DNA of 57,605 nucleotides, filler included, from Basidiobolus ranarum (Eukaryota): NCBI GenBank assembly GCA_040143965.1. It is 3 parts of 3 records of this genome, joined end to end, with 100 filler letters (N's around TTAATTAATTAA, not from the genome) between each part and the next. Parts side by side here need not be neighbours in the genome. Positions count along the whole stretch, not along the records: positions 38,552 to 57,605 come from JASJQH010007134.1; 2 more parts are not named here. One strand, 5' to 3'. Shown piece by piece: positions 40,456 to 52,875 of this stretch (position 1 is its first letter; each line of letters starts with the position of its first letter). The notes under the pieces were generated by a model. It saw only the letters and a program-made list of their open reading frames with translations, ran no database searches and was not told where the DNA came from. The position numbers and the translations under genes were made by a program.

Positions 40456-41211
40456 CCAACCTTTGTTAGATATCAACATCTATTTAATCATTCATTGTGA
40501 AAATTCCCTCTTTTCTGGCAATTTCTGAGTCAAAGTTAATATAACAGATTGACACTACCCCCTCCAAACACACATCCTCGAAATAGTCATTTCCGTGTAA
40601 TTTCTACCAATGCTTGTCTCCTCATTCTTATCCTCACGTCTGTTCAAATCTAGCTGTTCAAATCTAGCTAGCGCTTACTCATCTTTCAAATAATATTCCA
40701 GAAAGGCTACTTTCAAAAATCCTTGCATTTTACCTACTCTTATCTGATTGCAGTATATGGCTTGGTGGAACGGAACGGAACGAACCAAAACGAATATAGC
40801 GATGCAACAGACGGTAATCGGTCTAGATTTACGAAGTGTGGGGTATCTAAGGCAAATCGAATTATCTTGGATTTACTTGGTTGGTTCAAAATTCTAGTTT
40901 CTTTGTAGAATGTTTATCCAAATGCTCTGATGAGTGGCGCTGATTCAACACGAATTCTAGAATTTGGATGGATGCATAACCCTAACCCTATCCCTAAAGC
41001 ATTTCCATATTAATTCCACGCTGCTCTATTTCTAGGTAATTGATGAATGGCCTAACTTAGAAAGTAAGAATCTATATAAGTCAGTGTTCGCTACAATTCT
41101 AACACTACATTACCAAATAATCATTCGCTACGATTCTATCAATACAACACAATTCTACAATATAATCTCAGTAAAGCTTTTCATTACACTTGATATTCTC
41201 TTCTACTAATC

Positions 41212-41613
41212 ATGAAATCCGGAAAAGCTCCTGAAGATCTGGTCACCTTATTACGCCATATTCGATTTGGGATTCAAGAGGAGACACTGGAGGTTCTTGT
41301 GATGGGCTACGCTACAGACAGTATCGCTCCTTGGTGCATTTTCAAGTTGTGTGTCGTCGAAGGCACCGAAATCACCGTTGAGGTATCTCAACAAGGATTC
41401 AGTGTTGCAGAATTAAATATTCCAGAAGATCTAGTTGACGACGACCAAGTCCGCAAACACTACCAAAGCATTTCATCTGTTAAAGGGTGTGCATTTCCCA
41501 ATATTGATTCACTCTTAATGACTGTCAGTGAACATTATAAGCTTTGTGTATACCCACCGGCTCAACCTTCCCCCGTTTCAAACCATACTTCTTTACCTTT
41601 CGTCTGTCGCTAA
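41212..41613 (+). CDS. Probable GSKIP (DUF727)-like domain protein
   Basis: Pattern F.L.VVEG.EI.VEVSQQGFSV...F.NIDSLLMTVSEHY resembles the GSKIP domain; TATATAAG at 41073. Confidence 0.5.
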   Translation: MKSGKAPEDLVTLLRHIRFGIQEETLEVLVMGYATDSIAPWCIFKLCVVEGTEITVEVSQQGFSVAELNIPEDLVDDDQVRKHYQSISSVKGCAFPNIDSLLMTVSEHYKLCVYPPAQPSPVSNHTSLPFVCR

Positions 41614-41966
41614 ATGGAGACATTGAGCCGTTTTTATTACCTTGGAACACTATGTATCATATCCAGCCTACCTTCTACATATCTCCACTTCAATTCACAA
41701 TAGACTAATCCAGTTACTATTTCATGTTAATCATGCTTGTATCAATATCGTTTGCTAATAGAATATCATACTTATATTATCCATGTTCTTATTGGTACGG
41801 AGAGATCATACTCTACGTTTTTATCAGTTACTTTCGAAACTTTATGCACTAGAAATCTGACACTGATTCACTTCAGTTTTATACGAAGAGATGTGCAAGG
41901 TAAACCATAAAAGGGGAACTTGCTTATTACATTACATACATTCTTTTTCCCTTGGTTTTATAAAAT

Positions 41967-42299
41967 ATGAACTCCAGTTTGAAGGCTTTAAGCATCACTA
42001 TATTGTTGAGTGTATCCGGGCTTGCTCTTCCTTCCACAAACAGGCTTGACGAGATGGAAGATGTGGGTTACGAACGAGATGGGTTTACATACAATAGTAA
42101 CTCTTTTGTTCCATTAGATAACCCTTTTGTCCCGCATTATGCTTACTTGAGTTCACCTGGTGGATCTTACCCCTTAACTCACATAGGTGCCCGACGTAGA
42201 CCTTCACGCTCTGGACGTTCTCCATTCTCTTTACCACCCGGTTATTATCCACGTATACAATATTTAGAAATGGGTAGTGATGGTATTCGTTATGCTTAA
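41967..42299 (+). CDS. Small secreted protein of unknown function
   Basis: Signal peptide MNSSLKALSITILLSVSGLALP; Tyr/Pro-rich body. Confidence 0.6.
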   Translation: MNSSLKALSITILLSVSGLALPSTNRLDEMEDVGYERDGFTYNSNSFVPLDNPFVPHYAYLSSPGGSYPLTHIGARRRPSRSGRSPFSLPPGYYPRIQYLEMGSDGIRYA

Positions 42300-42378
42300 A
42301 TGTTATTCTGACTGGTAATTTAATAAGATTTTATATAAAATTCTTCGGATAAAGAAATCTATGTACTTGTGAGGAATA

Positions 42379-44130
42379 CTATGATAAATACTCTTGTAGT
42401 GACTCTAATACATTACTCATGGATGGCCTTTGACTGGGCTCATGTGACCACATCTCTTGAATCAAATCTAATAGTGATTGTGGGTACTTGTTCAGCTTGG
42501 ATAGAGAAGGACGTACTCCTTTATCTCTAACTATAGAGAAGATGAGTCACTTCCTTTGAAACATTTACAATGTTCAACGTACCTTGAATGTATAATTGGT
42601 GTTCAGTGAGATCATGATACGGATAAGGTTCCGCTCCCCATTGAAGAATCTCCCAAAAGATTAACCCGCAAGCGTATATATCCACCTAATGGAATAGGTG
42701 AGATGATGATTCAATTGTTTCTAGAGAGAGAGAGTACCTTTTCGGTGTAACTTGGATTGGCAGTCCAAAATTCGGGAGCTGGTTGGATAGAATGGTAAAA
42801 ATTAGGATAAACAAATGATCAGTCATTAGGATAAACAAATGATCAGTCACTAGCAACTCCACTTACCTTGCCAATTGGGTGTGCCGCATTGAGTGTGAAC
42901 TAAAGTATTCAAACGTGGTCGAATACGTGCCAATCCAAAGTCATTGATTTTCGCCCTATAGTCAGCGCTGATCTATTGAACTCGTTAGAGATGTAAAGGA
43001 TTATCATTGGCTTTGGAAAGGAATCAGTTACCAAGATGTTCATGGATTTCATATCCTAAGGTAAGGAAGGTGAATATGTGTCAGGATGGTCAAGCAACTG
43101 TACAAAGTCCCACTTACTCGATGAATAATACTAGGTCTTCTGGTGTGCAGGTAAGCCACTCCAAAAGCAATATCATGCATATACATGAGCTAAAGCTAGT
43201 TTGTTAATTGACAAGGTCCACACATGATGTTGTTGCTCTAGTTACCTGTTGACTGAACGGTGGTTTCTTGGATTTTCTCATAAAGTCAAATAAATCCCCA
43301 TGTTCGCATAATTCAGTGATAATACATAGATGCTTAACATCCGTACAAACACCTATGAATCTAACCACATTCTCATGTCTTAATTGTCTAGAAAGAGAAA
43401 AGTGTGAAAATAGTAGAAATTCGAACACGTTCATAAAGTACTTACTTTAACACACTGATCTCATGTTTGATATCCGCAAGATCTTCCGTGGTAAAATCTG
43501 CCGAAATTCTCAACTCTCCAATGGCTACCGGATCCTGAAATTCATTGAATTCTTAAATCTTTATGGTACTTTTATGGATTATTTTTCTTTTAGTTTTACT
43601 TACACCGTTGTTTGTACCTGCAAAACAATCTTTGAATCCACCTGACCCAAGTTTCTTACCAAACTTTAATTGCCCAAAGGGAATTTCTCCAATCGAGTCC
43701 CACGAATCATCCTCTAAAAGTATCGTATTATATACCGAAGTGCTATTCTTTTGGTCTGAGATGGTATCAGGGTTGAAGAGGCGTGCAGTGGCTGGCGCAG
43801 GAATAGGCTTGACTCCAAGTTTCTATGGATATAGAGAGAACGAAATAATTTTAGAGGAAAGTTCAAGGGTTGAGAGTAACTCGACTTACCCATTCCATTA
43901 ACGATAGTATCAAGGATTCTTTCGAACCTTCAGTAAGCAAGCCTTTATCAAGGTTCGAGAAAAATTAAGCAAATATTAGAAAGGTGGATATATTACTTTA
44001 CTTAACCGTGAAATATACCTCTTTCTTGACATAGCGCAATAAGATCAGCTTTAATCAACTTGTTCAGTGTAAACCAATTTTCGTTGGTTAAAGATTCATC
44101 TATATGTCGAGTGATAGTCTCAAATGCCAT
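42379..44130 (-). CDS. TKL-like protein kinase with N-terminal SAP-like motif, ~12 short exons
   Basis: Spliced: LNKLIKADLIALCQERGLLTEGSKESLILSLMEW (SAP-like); KLGSGGFKDCF; VAIGEL; LRHENVVRFIG; IIHRDMKSMNIL; DFGLAR; CGTPNWQAPE; VDIYACG; QRPSM. Confidence 0.88.
42801..42848. repeat. Perfect 24-bp tandem duplication inside a kinase intron
   Basis: ATTAGGATAAACAAATGATCAGTC x2. Confidence 0.9.
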
Positions 44131-44658
44131 CCTAAGTACTAACTCAACTTCAATTTATTCTTAATGGGAAGCCACTCGGGGAAAGAAAGAGTAAAGTGTC
44201 ACTAGATTGTATGGATGTTGGCTTTCCTTGGTTAGCGGCCTCATATCGAAATTTAAGGAATCTTGCGACACCCCTTATTCGCAATCTAAGGGTTGGGTAC
44301 TCTCCCTTCCAGTCACTGTTGGTTACTAGCGGATGTGGAAAATGCAGGGTTAGGCAGGATAGTGAGACCTAATTACAGTGTTATAATCTAAAATGAGAGG
44401 AATTAAACAAATCAATTAGACATTTCATAAAATCAATGGGATGATCGCGAAAAATTGAAGATAAGTTTCGTTAGTAGCTTTATTAAAAATGAATTCAGTG
44501 ATTCTATGGAGGATGGGAATGGGAATGTGAACGGGTTTGTGGGTTTATATGAGTGAATTTGGAAATGAGTGGCCAAGAACTGATTGAATTGGGAATAAGA
44601 GAATGGATTAAATATGCACACTACTTTCTAAGCTAGAACTGGAACAGAATATCCTTGT

Positions 44659-47600
44659 TTACATCCCAGAATGAGATCTCACCAATTCGATTAAACGTTT
44701 CACTCCAACCATCCATTGTCCAACGATCGCAAACTGAGTGGTAACCAGGTCGAGATGGATTTGTTGAGCTGTATTGAAATCACGCTTTACCAGTGCTTCG
44801 GTGAGTGCTTGTACTTGCTCGATAATATCCTCTGGCAAACTCTCAATATTCAAAGCGTCGAAAAGTAAGTTAAGCCTCTTTTCCACATCATCTAGCATTC
44901 TTTTTTGATTAGCTGGGGCTATTTGACGCACATGTTGGAATTCCCCATTAAGTTTAACATAGATGGGCTTATAGGCCAAGGGTATGTGGCTTCGATCACC
45001 GGGTGGGTACTTGGGTTGAGCTGGTGCCGGTGAACTTGGCTTGGATACAGGCATTGGTGGAATGACGTTTGAGGGCTGTTGGATGGTCATAGGACTAGGG
45101 CCTCTCTGGATTCCAGGTTGATGAGTATTGGTTGGAGAGCTTGAAGTTGGGTATCCTGCTCCGTAGTTTGGAAGAGAGGAGCTAGAGTTAGGAATGGAGG
45201 GAATAGAGGGCCCGCAAGAGTTTGGTGCACCCTGGGCACTAAGCTGGGAAACCTTAGGAATGAAGTTGAGATTAGATCCCATTTGAGTATAAGGACCATG
45301 GCCGCTGTTAGGACGTGAAGGTGGAGCAGTATAACCAGAGTTAGGAGAGGCTGGTGTGGAGGCAGCATTAGGAAAAGGAGAGGTTATAGGCGATATTTTG
45401 GGAGTAGGGGCACGTTGTTTGATGGTGGCAGCGTTGGATAGTGTGGCCATAGGAGGATCGTTCCAAGCCTGAGTATTTCTTTGTTGAGAAGGCGGAATTA
45501 CTGGAGGTGTAGATGGAGCTTGAATAGGTTGCGTAACATAGTTGGTATTTCCAAAAGTATTAGGTGAGGTATAATTAGGAACACTAGGCTGTTGTTGGTA
45601 CAAGTTGTGGCTCGAAGGGGTGTAGTAATTCTGTTGAGTTTGCGTTAAAAAGCTAGATTCAGTGGAATATGGACCAGCCGTAGTCGGAGCCCCTGATTGG
45701 TAACTGTATTGATTATCATGGCTGTAGTACTGTTGAGTTGACTGAGGAGCAGAGGAGTATCCAGTATCACGGGTAATTGTTGGGGCTGCAAAAGTGAGAT
45801 CGTTTGACGATAAGGTTTCTGTTTGGTTAGGTCGTGTGGATTCGCCTTCAAAATCAACATTGACAAACTCGAATGGAAACTCGGGAGTAGCCATGGTTCC
45901 AACGGCAACACCAGAATGATAGATTCGGTCTTTAATAATCAAGCATTTTTCAGCCTCGTACATGGCCTTTCCATTGGCTTGAGTTGGGATGTAATTAAGA
46001 TATTTAACGGCAGTAGCAAGTTGCCCTTGAGAAACCAAGATATCGACATACTCTAAATATTTTTGATACAACGGTGTCATTGTATGTTGGTAATCAACAG
46101 AGTTATCATTATAGTCTATCGCCTTTTTGAAAATCGTGATCTTTTCAATAAATTCCTGAAGAATTTGGCCGCGAGTGGAGGTTTGATCAGCAAGAGCCCT
46201 AGTCTCAGCTTCAATTTCCTGCGCCACCCAAATACTAATCACTTTGTCTATATTGCCTGAAGCGAGGTAGCACACAGAGGCGTGGTGTATGAGGCTGTTA
46301 AGCGAGGTTTTCTCCTCATGATTTGCTACTTTACTCCATTCGCTTTCCAACCGCGAACCAAGTTTTTCACAAAGGCTGGCGAAATTCTCAGGACGAGAAT
46401 AGGTGCAAAGGGTGGCAAGGATCTCGTCCCATTCATTAAGGTCGGCATTTTCAACAATATCCAGCAAATCTCCTGATACAACCGAACGAAGGACACGAAT
46501 GTAGGAGGTGGATTCACTTTTCCGTTCAAAGTAGATCTCTCGAGTACGAGCAAGCAGATCGCCGCCTCCGCAAACAGCAAGAATGAGTGCATCAGATAAT
46601 CGGTCATGCTTAAGACAAAGACTGACAGCAGATTCGAAATCTCCCAGAGTAATTGAACGTGTAATTAGTCTATCCCCGTCTGAATTTTCCTCGGAGTTAA
46701 TCTTAAAGGGAAGTCTAACCGGACGGGGCTTTTCATTATCTAATGAAGCACTATCGGTCACATTGTCGTTCAAGTAGAAATCCAATGGATCTTCCATGTC
46801 ATCTTCATCAAAAAGTGAGGAGGCAACAGCAGGAGCAGACCCCTCTTCCGACGGTGATTTACCTACTGATACCTCATCGAGAGCCTCAGATTCCCGGTCA
46901 ACATGCATCTTTGAGACATCTACTTTGCTAGTATCCGCTTCACTCACATTAAGTTGGCTTAAGTTCTGAGCGATCTGTGTAATAAGCACGTCTTTATCGA
47001 ACCCGAGGTGCTTAATTAAACGATCTCTAGCATCTGATTCAAAGAGAATCTTCAGTATCTTCCAATTGTCATTTTCTTTCTTATTTCTGCTTAGGTTGGT
47101 CTTATCTTCGCAAAACTCTTGCAAATGATTAGATTCTAGAGCTGCTTCGAGTTCTTGTGATCTCTTAACGATCTCGGGTTCAGTAATGATGGTTGAGATT
47201 GACACAATTTGCGAGTTGGAAGCATTATTCCCAAAAGATACAAGTTGACCACCAAATGAAAATGTAGCACCAACTGGAGGTCGAAGCCACTTCGGCGCCT
47301 GTCTCAACTGGAACGATGAGGTGACTGAATCTACGTGATTTGGTGCACTGAATGGATCATCATTCACGACTTGTGGTGCCTCCGATATACTGTTAGAGGT
47401 CCTTGCTTGAAGAGAGAAGATGTTGACCTATGGTAATTGGAGCTCAACAACAAGCTTAAATCATTTTCAACTAAACTAACTTCCTACCTTTCCATCAAAT
47501 GATGCTGTACTCAACAGGTTGGGGTTTTTGGGGGACCATTGAGCATCAAAGGTCCAATTGGAGCTGGATGGTAGCTGCATAATAGAGATAAGATTAGGAC

Positions 47601-48924
47601 ATGCGTTGGTAAAAAGAAACACGTATGAAACATTGATTCACCTCTCCAACAACTTCACCAGCACGAGGGTTCCAGCATAGAGTTCTGCAGTCTTTACCGG
47701 TACTCAATAGAAGCTCAGAGTCCATTTTGCACCATGATAACGAAAGAATACCCTTGGAGTGGCCGGAAAGAATCTACAGCAAGAACATGTTACTTTGGAA
47801 TATTTGGATACTACCTATATAATCCATGGCTACCTTTTCCGGTGCATGAGCATTTCTTAAATCCCACATCATTATTACAGGGTTGTTATCGTCTTCGGAG
47901 GCAGTGACAAGTTGTGTGGCCTAAAGGAATATATTCCGTTTAGAGTGACTTGACATGAATAATCAGTTCATTCATCTTGTGAACTTACGTTATCGGGGTT
48001 CCATGCAACGGCGGTTATTCCTCTTCTACCACCCATTCCCATTGATATACCTGGATATGCCATATGCATTACCTCACGACGATATTTCAGATCCCAAACT
48101 ACAGTATAACCACTTGTGGAGGAGGTGGCCATGATATGCTGGACTTGATTATTCCATGCTAGAGAAGTTATATCATCAAGTCTTTGAGAGCGTGATCCAG
48201 GGGAATAGGGTTTAGTTGGGTTTGTGAGATCCCAGATGAAGATCTGAATAAAGAGGTTAGAATCACCAAGATTAAATTACTAGCGGTACTCTCATACCTC
48301 TCCATTACCAGCAGCAGAAGCTAAGAGGCTTGGTTGAAAAGGATTGAATTCCAAACCACGAACGGAACCAGTGTGATTTGTGTTACTCATAATCAGAGCA
48401 TCTTCATTACTACAAGAGCACATTAAATAGAAGCTTCATAATTAGAGAACAGTATAGACTAGGAAATTTGTATCAAAACGAAACCGACTTAGTATTATCA
48501 AGGATACTGGCCGCATTCCATAAAGCAAGCTCGCCATTTTCCATACCTCCAGCAATAATACCATGAGGTTTGTCTTCTGAAATGGCTCCCCAGGCAATTC
48601 GATTGAATCTGAGACGAAAACAATAGCCAGTAAATTGGTTAGTATGAAAGGAGTACAAGTGCGGTCGATATGATGGCAACTTGTTGGAAAAAATCTGCAA
48701 GTAGGCATCATGTACCTTGCATTGCTGTTGATGACTACAGTAGGTTTCCAAGGTTCGACGTTATCAGCTTTATTGCTAGTATCGAGTTTGAACAACTCCA
48801 ACTCGGCTGTGCTGGAAAATGAAGCATCTAAGGCACCCGATACAGTCCCAGTGGCTAAATATGTTTGACTTTGGTGTGGACTCCAAGCGACAGTGGCTGT
48901 ACGATTAATTTCTTTCAACTTCAT
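44659..48924 (-). CDS. SEC31: COPII coat protein Sec31, multi-exon
   Basis: [33 protein letters not shown]40 start; [23 protein letters not shown]; Pro-rich region; C-terminal WMVGVKRLI. Confidence 0.95.
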
Positions 48925-49342
48925 TTTCGAAGAATGGAGTGATGTTAGACACGGCTTCAAGCAAGGATAGTACGCGCCAAAATAATTTATCAAGAGTAAT
49001 TGAGACTTGATAAATCGATGGCTGTCCTACCAAAGCCACTAGTTAGGTTTTAACTGATTTAATGGAATGGTGCTTGATATCATCCATAAACCCTGCTTCA
49101 ATACCCTAAGCAGTTTATGTGCTAATTAAGTGTTACCCACAGTTGCTTGACGATGCAGTAGTCTTAATCGGTTAAAACCATTTGTTTGTGCACCAATTGC
49201 ATATTGCCCTTATTACACAATATAAATGGGGTTTCTTAATGCTAACTAAACTGAGGTAATTGTTCAACTCTGATAGTCAGTGAAGCTGAGAGGTATGTAT
49301 CCATTAATATCAGTCAGAAGGTACAGGGTGTGGACCAAACCA

Positions 49343-49808
49343 ACTGTTGAAATTAGCATTGCCTAAACACCTATATAGTCATATATAGCTTAGTACTTAG
49401 TTATCTTATATTGAACTAAGATATTGCCCATCATTCTCGTAAGGAATTTACTTGCTTATATTTCTCACATATATCATAGCCAAATGTTGGAATTGTTGAA
49501 GTATTTTGGGAGTTTGTTGAAAGTGGTTTGGTGAACTAGAAGAATTGGTTGTTTTCACTTACTGATTTACTGAGGATTCAGTTGACATTTATAGCTTTGT
49601 CAAGATGTAAACAAACAAACATGTAGAATGTGTCAAGGAAGGTCCCAGGAACATGCGTGCAAAGGTTGGGGCTTGTTTGAAAAATCTATATATCTTAAAA
49701 CTTCTAAGGAAATTCCTCTTGAGGTGATAGCATGGTGAAGTATAGAATAACTAAGCACCAAGCTATATATGACTATATAGGTGTTTAGGCAATGCTAATT
49801 TCAACAGT
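49343..49808. mobile_element. Non-autonomous inverted-repeat element (MITE-like), ~465 bp
   Basis: ACTGTTGAAATTAGCATTGCCTAAACACCTATATAGTCATATATAGCTT at 49343 and its exact reverse complement ending at 49808; TIR extends to ~68 bp with a few mismatches; no coding capacity. Confidence 0.85.
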
Positions 49809-50719
49809 AACTCTTAATGCTTGCAGAGAGACAGTGATATAGTCAAGCTACTTGTACAGTTGTATAACAGGTAAGTGCTAATACAACGAATGCAGATCCA
49901 TTTTGTGAAATCAATGTAATATTTGTTTTTATTGTGAAACATGTGTTTATATCAGGTAGATGTGTGCTGTGACTAAGTGGTATAATAGAGCCTATACAGA
50001 CATAAATCTAAATTTACTATCAGAGACCCCATGCAACACTAGGCTTCATCTCCCACTAACTCGTATGTAACTTCAGTTCGATTAACTACTTACCTTGAGA
50101 CATACAACAGCTGCAACTTCAGTGTCAAATCTCTTGGGAGTGGTTTGATTTGCAATATGTATTTAAACTAATGTGCACTCTTTGCAGTTAAATGTGAAAG
50201 AGTGGAGGCGAGGAAATGAAAGTACCGGTAGAATAAACTGGCTAATACTCGGTAAACATTTAGAATCCATATTTAACAAAAAAACCATTTTCTTGTTAAT
50301 AAAATAGTCGTGGGTAAATTGAATATACAGTGATAAGTAACATCTAGGTACAGATTCATACTAATTACCTACTTTTACCAAGGCTTAATATCTATTTAAC
50401 AATTTTACTGTTACAACTCGGGAGATAGTCACATGAAACGGCTTAACGCTTATATATCTGACATAAGACTTGCATATATACCATAAATATAAGCCTTGTT
50501 TTTTAGCTTGGGCGCGGATTAATGGCCCCGATTAGCCAAATCAAGAGATTGGAACGATCAATTCTCTGCTTAGCAAATGAGCTTATACTAAATTACCATT
50601 CTCCCCCATACAATCAACAGTTTGAACGTTCTTTAGATAAGATGATTAATTCAAATTCGTTCTTTTTAAGGCAATATCCGATCTTGTAGTACTTCGGATT
50701 GCGTGATCTACTTATCTAA

Positions 50720-50789
50720 TACTATACAAATTGCTCTTGACTTGAACTACTATACAAATTGCTCTTGGCTTGAACTACTATACAAATTG
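50720..50789. repeat. 28-bp tandem repeat, 2.5 copies
   Basis: TACTATACAAATTGCTCTTG(A/G)CTTGAAC repeated, upstream of the MBL gene. Confidence 0.9.
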
Positions 50790-51009
50790 ACTTTCGTGTG
50801 TCAGGCGTCTGGTTACTTATTCTAACCTGGCCAAGGGATGAACCGGTATTCCACCTTTGGAGTAATCATCCGGCGTCGCTTAACAATGCTCAGCTAGCTA
50901 ATACATTCAAGAATATACTCTACTATTAGTCAGCCTAGAATTACTGGTCGTTGAGAGGAATGTATAAAAAGTGCTTTTTGGACTGAAGAACCATCAATTA
51001 TCACTTACT

Positions 51010-52029
51010 ATGAAGTTTCTTATTCTGTCCCTTCCCATCCTTTGCTTATCGAGTGAAGTATATGGAGGTAGCTTGGATCGCAAGTTAAAGATCTACCACT
51101 ACAGCTCTCCAGAGAATGCCTTGTCCAGTGTGTCCACTTTAATAGTGGGTAGCAAGGAGGCAATGGTAGTCGATCCACCATTCTTGAACTCCGCCGCACG
51201 CGGCTTAATCTCTTTCATTCAGAAGAAAACCCGCTTACCTGTGACAAAGGTGTTTTCTACTCATGAGCATCCAGATCACTTCTTTGGTGGTACCGAACTA
51301 CTGAAGGTTTTCCACAAAGCAGATATGCTAGCATCTCCCGGCGTTGCCAAGAAAATCAGGGAAGTAGTCCAATCAAAAGGTTTGTTCTTCAGTTTTTCTT
51401 CATTGGTTTGAATGGTCATTAATCAAATCCAATTTACGTAGTTGCGCAATGGACACCTACTTACGGCAAACAAGAGATCCCACAATCTCCTGCCTTGCCT
51501 AGGCCGTACGAAAGAACCATTATCAGGTTGAAAGGAAATGCTAACGAACCAATTCACCTACTGCAACCATTGCAAGGTGATGTAGATGACCTGACTGTTC
51601 TGTGGGTCCCATCTCAGAAAACTGTAATCACCGGAGATTTGGTGTATGCCGGAAATGAGCATGTCTGGTTGGCCGAGGCCGAGACTCCAATCAACAGGGA
51701 TAACTGGATATCCAGTCTAACTTGTAAGTGCTTCCATCAATTTCCTTACATTCATTTTAATATCCAACCTAACCGTGATGCGATGTATAGTTCTTCAATC
51801 CTTGAAGCCAAACAGAGTTATTGGTGGCCATGTCCCGAGTGAAGTTAAGCCAAGCGTTTCCGACTTACAAGCTACTAAAGATTATGTTACCTATTTTAAC
51901 AAAGAGGTGTACGGAAAGAATTTTAGCGAAAAGGAAATTTATGCCAAAATGTCGGCCAAATTTCCTACTCGTCAGTCCCTGATGACACTTAATATCACTG
52001 CTCAAACGTATGGTCGCAAAAGCAATTAG
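51010..52029 (+). CDS. Secreted metallo-beta-lactamase-fold hydrolase, 3 exons (51010-51379, 51442-51723, 51791-52029)
   Basis: Signal peptide; STLIVGSKEAMVVDPPF; THEHPDHFFG (HxHxDH); ITGDLVY; VIGGH; introns preserve the frame. Confidence 0.88.
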
Positions 52030-52611
52030 ATAGATAAATTTAAATGATGAAGGCCATTAGTTAATTTATATCGAATCTTCTTCATCTTAATAAACAAATA
52101 CGTAGAAAGAACATTGTTAAGTGATTATTGACCTTCTATTGAATTACGCCCTCTTTCAATTTTCTATGGTGTAATTTGACGGTTCTTTGAAAGAATATAG
52201 TTTGTAGTACCCAGATATCGGAGAAAAAAGTATCGACTTGTGTTAGCAATGCCATGTATCTAATTTAGCTTAATAATGCTCTTTCTATGTATTTGTTGAT
52301 AAGATAAAGAATAAGCTTACATCCTAATGATATCCTTTCCAAAGAAATATCCGAAGATTATACATTGTTATCATATTGTGCATGCTTGGTCCATTAATCA
52401 TTTATAACAATGTAGCAATTCAGATGCTAAGAGTGTGGCAATAAAATAAAAGGTGGTTACATGTGCGAGGTTCTAGTATAAAATGTGCCGTATGATTTGA
52501 GATATCCAACAGCGAATTCAGGACATCAGCATTGTAAGTTGCTAGCTACATTGCTAGTCACATATCTTTTCCTATTGCTTAACACTTAATGCATTGTGTA
52601 GGAGTCATACA

Positions 52612-52875
52612 ATGATCGTCTCAAACCTACGTGTTATCTGGCTTTCAGCCTTACTCTTAGTGTCCTATGTAAGTGGCGATGATGTCAATTCAGGATGTTC
52701 AGTTGTCGGATTCAAGGTCGACTATTCAAAAATCAGCGTATGTTGTCTCCAGAACGTTGGTGGTTCTGACACGAAGGGTAGACGCTTGATTTGCACTCTT
52801 CCAACTGAAAAGGAAGGTCTTTTTAGAAGATGCGTGAAGAGGTTGGGATACGCTACTACCATTGATTGTGAATAA
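52612..52875 (+). CDS. Small secreted cysteine-rich protein (87 aa, 6 Cys)
   Basis: Signal peptide [28 protein letters not shown] pattern; TATAAAA at 52478. Confidence 0.75.
   Translation: MIVSNLRVIWLSALLLVSYVSGDDVNSGCSVVGFKVDYSKISVCCLQNVGGSDTKGRRLICTLPTEKEGLFRRCVKRLGYATTIDCE

Noticed and set aside
49345..49806. Solo LTR (TG...CA ends)
   Set aside because: Inverted repeats are far longer than LTR termini and the 5-bp flanks (CCAAC/GTAAC) do not match
50720..50789. CRISPR-like array (28-bp repeats)
   Set aside because: No spacers, only 2.5 adjacent copies, eukaryotic context, no cas genes
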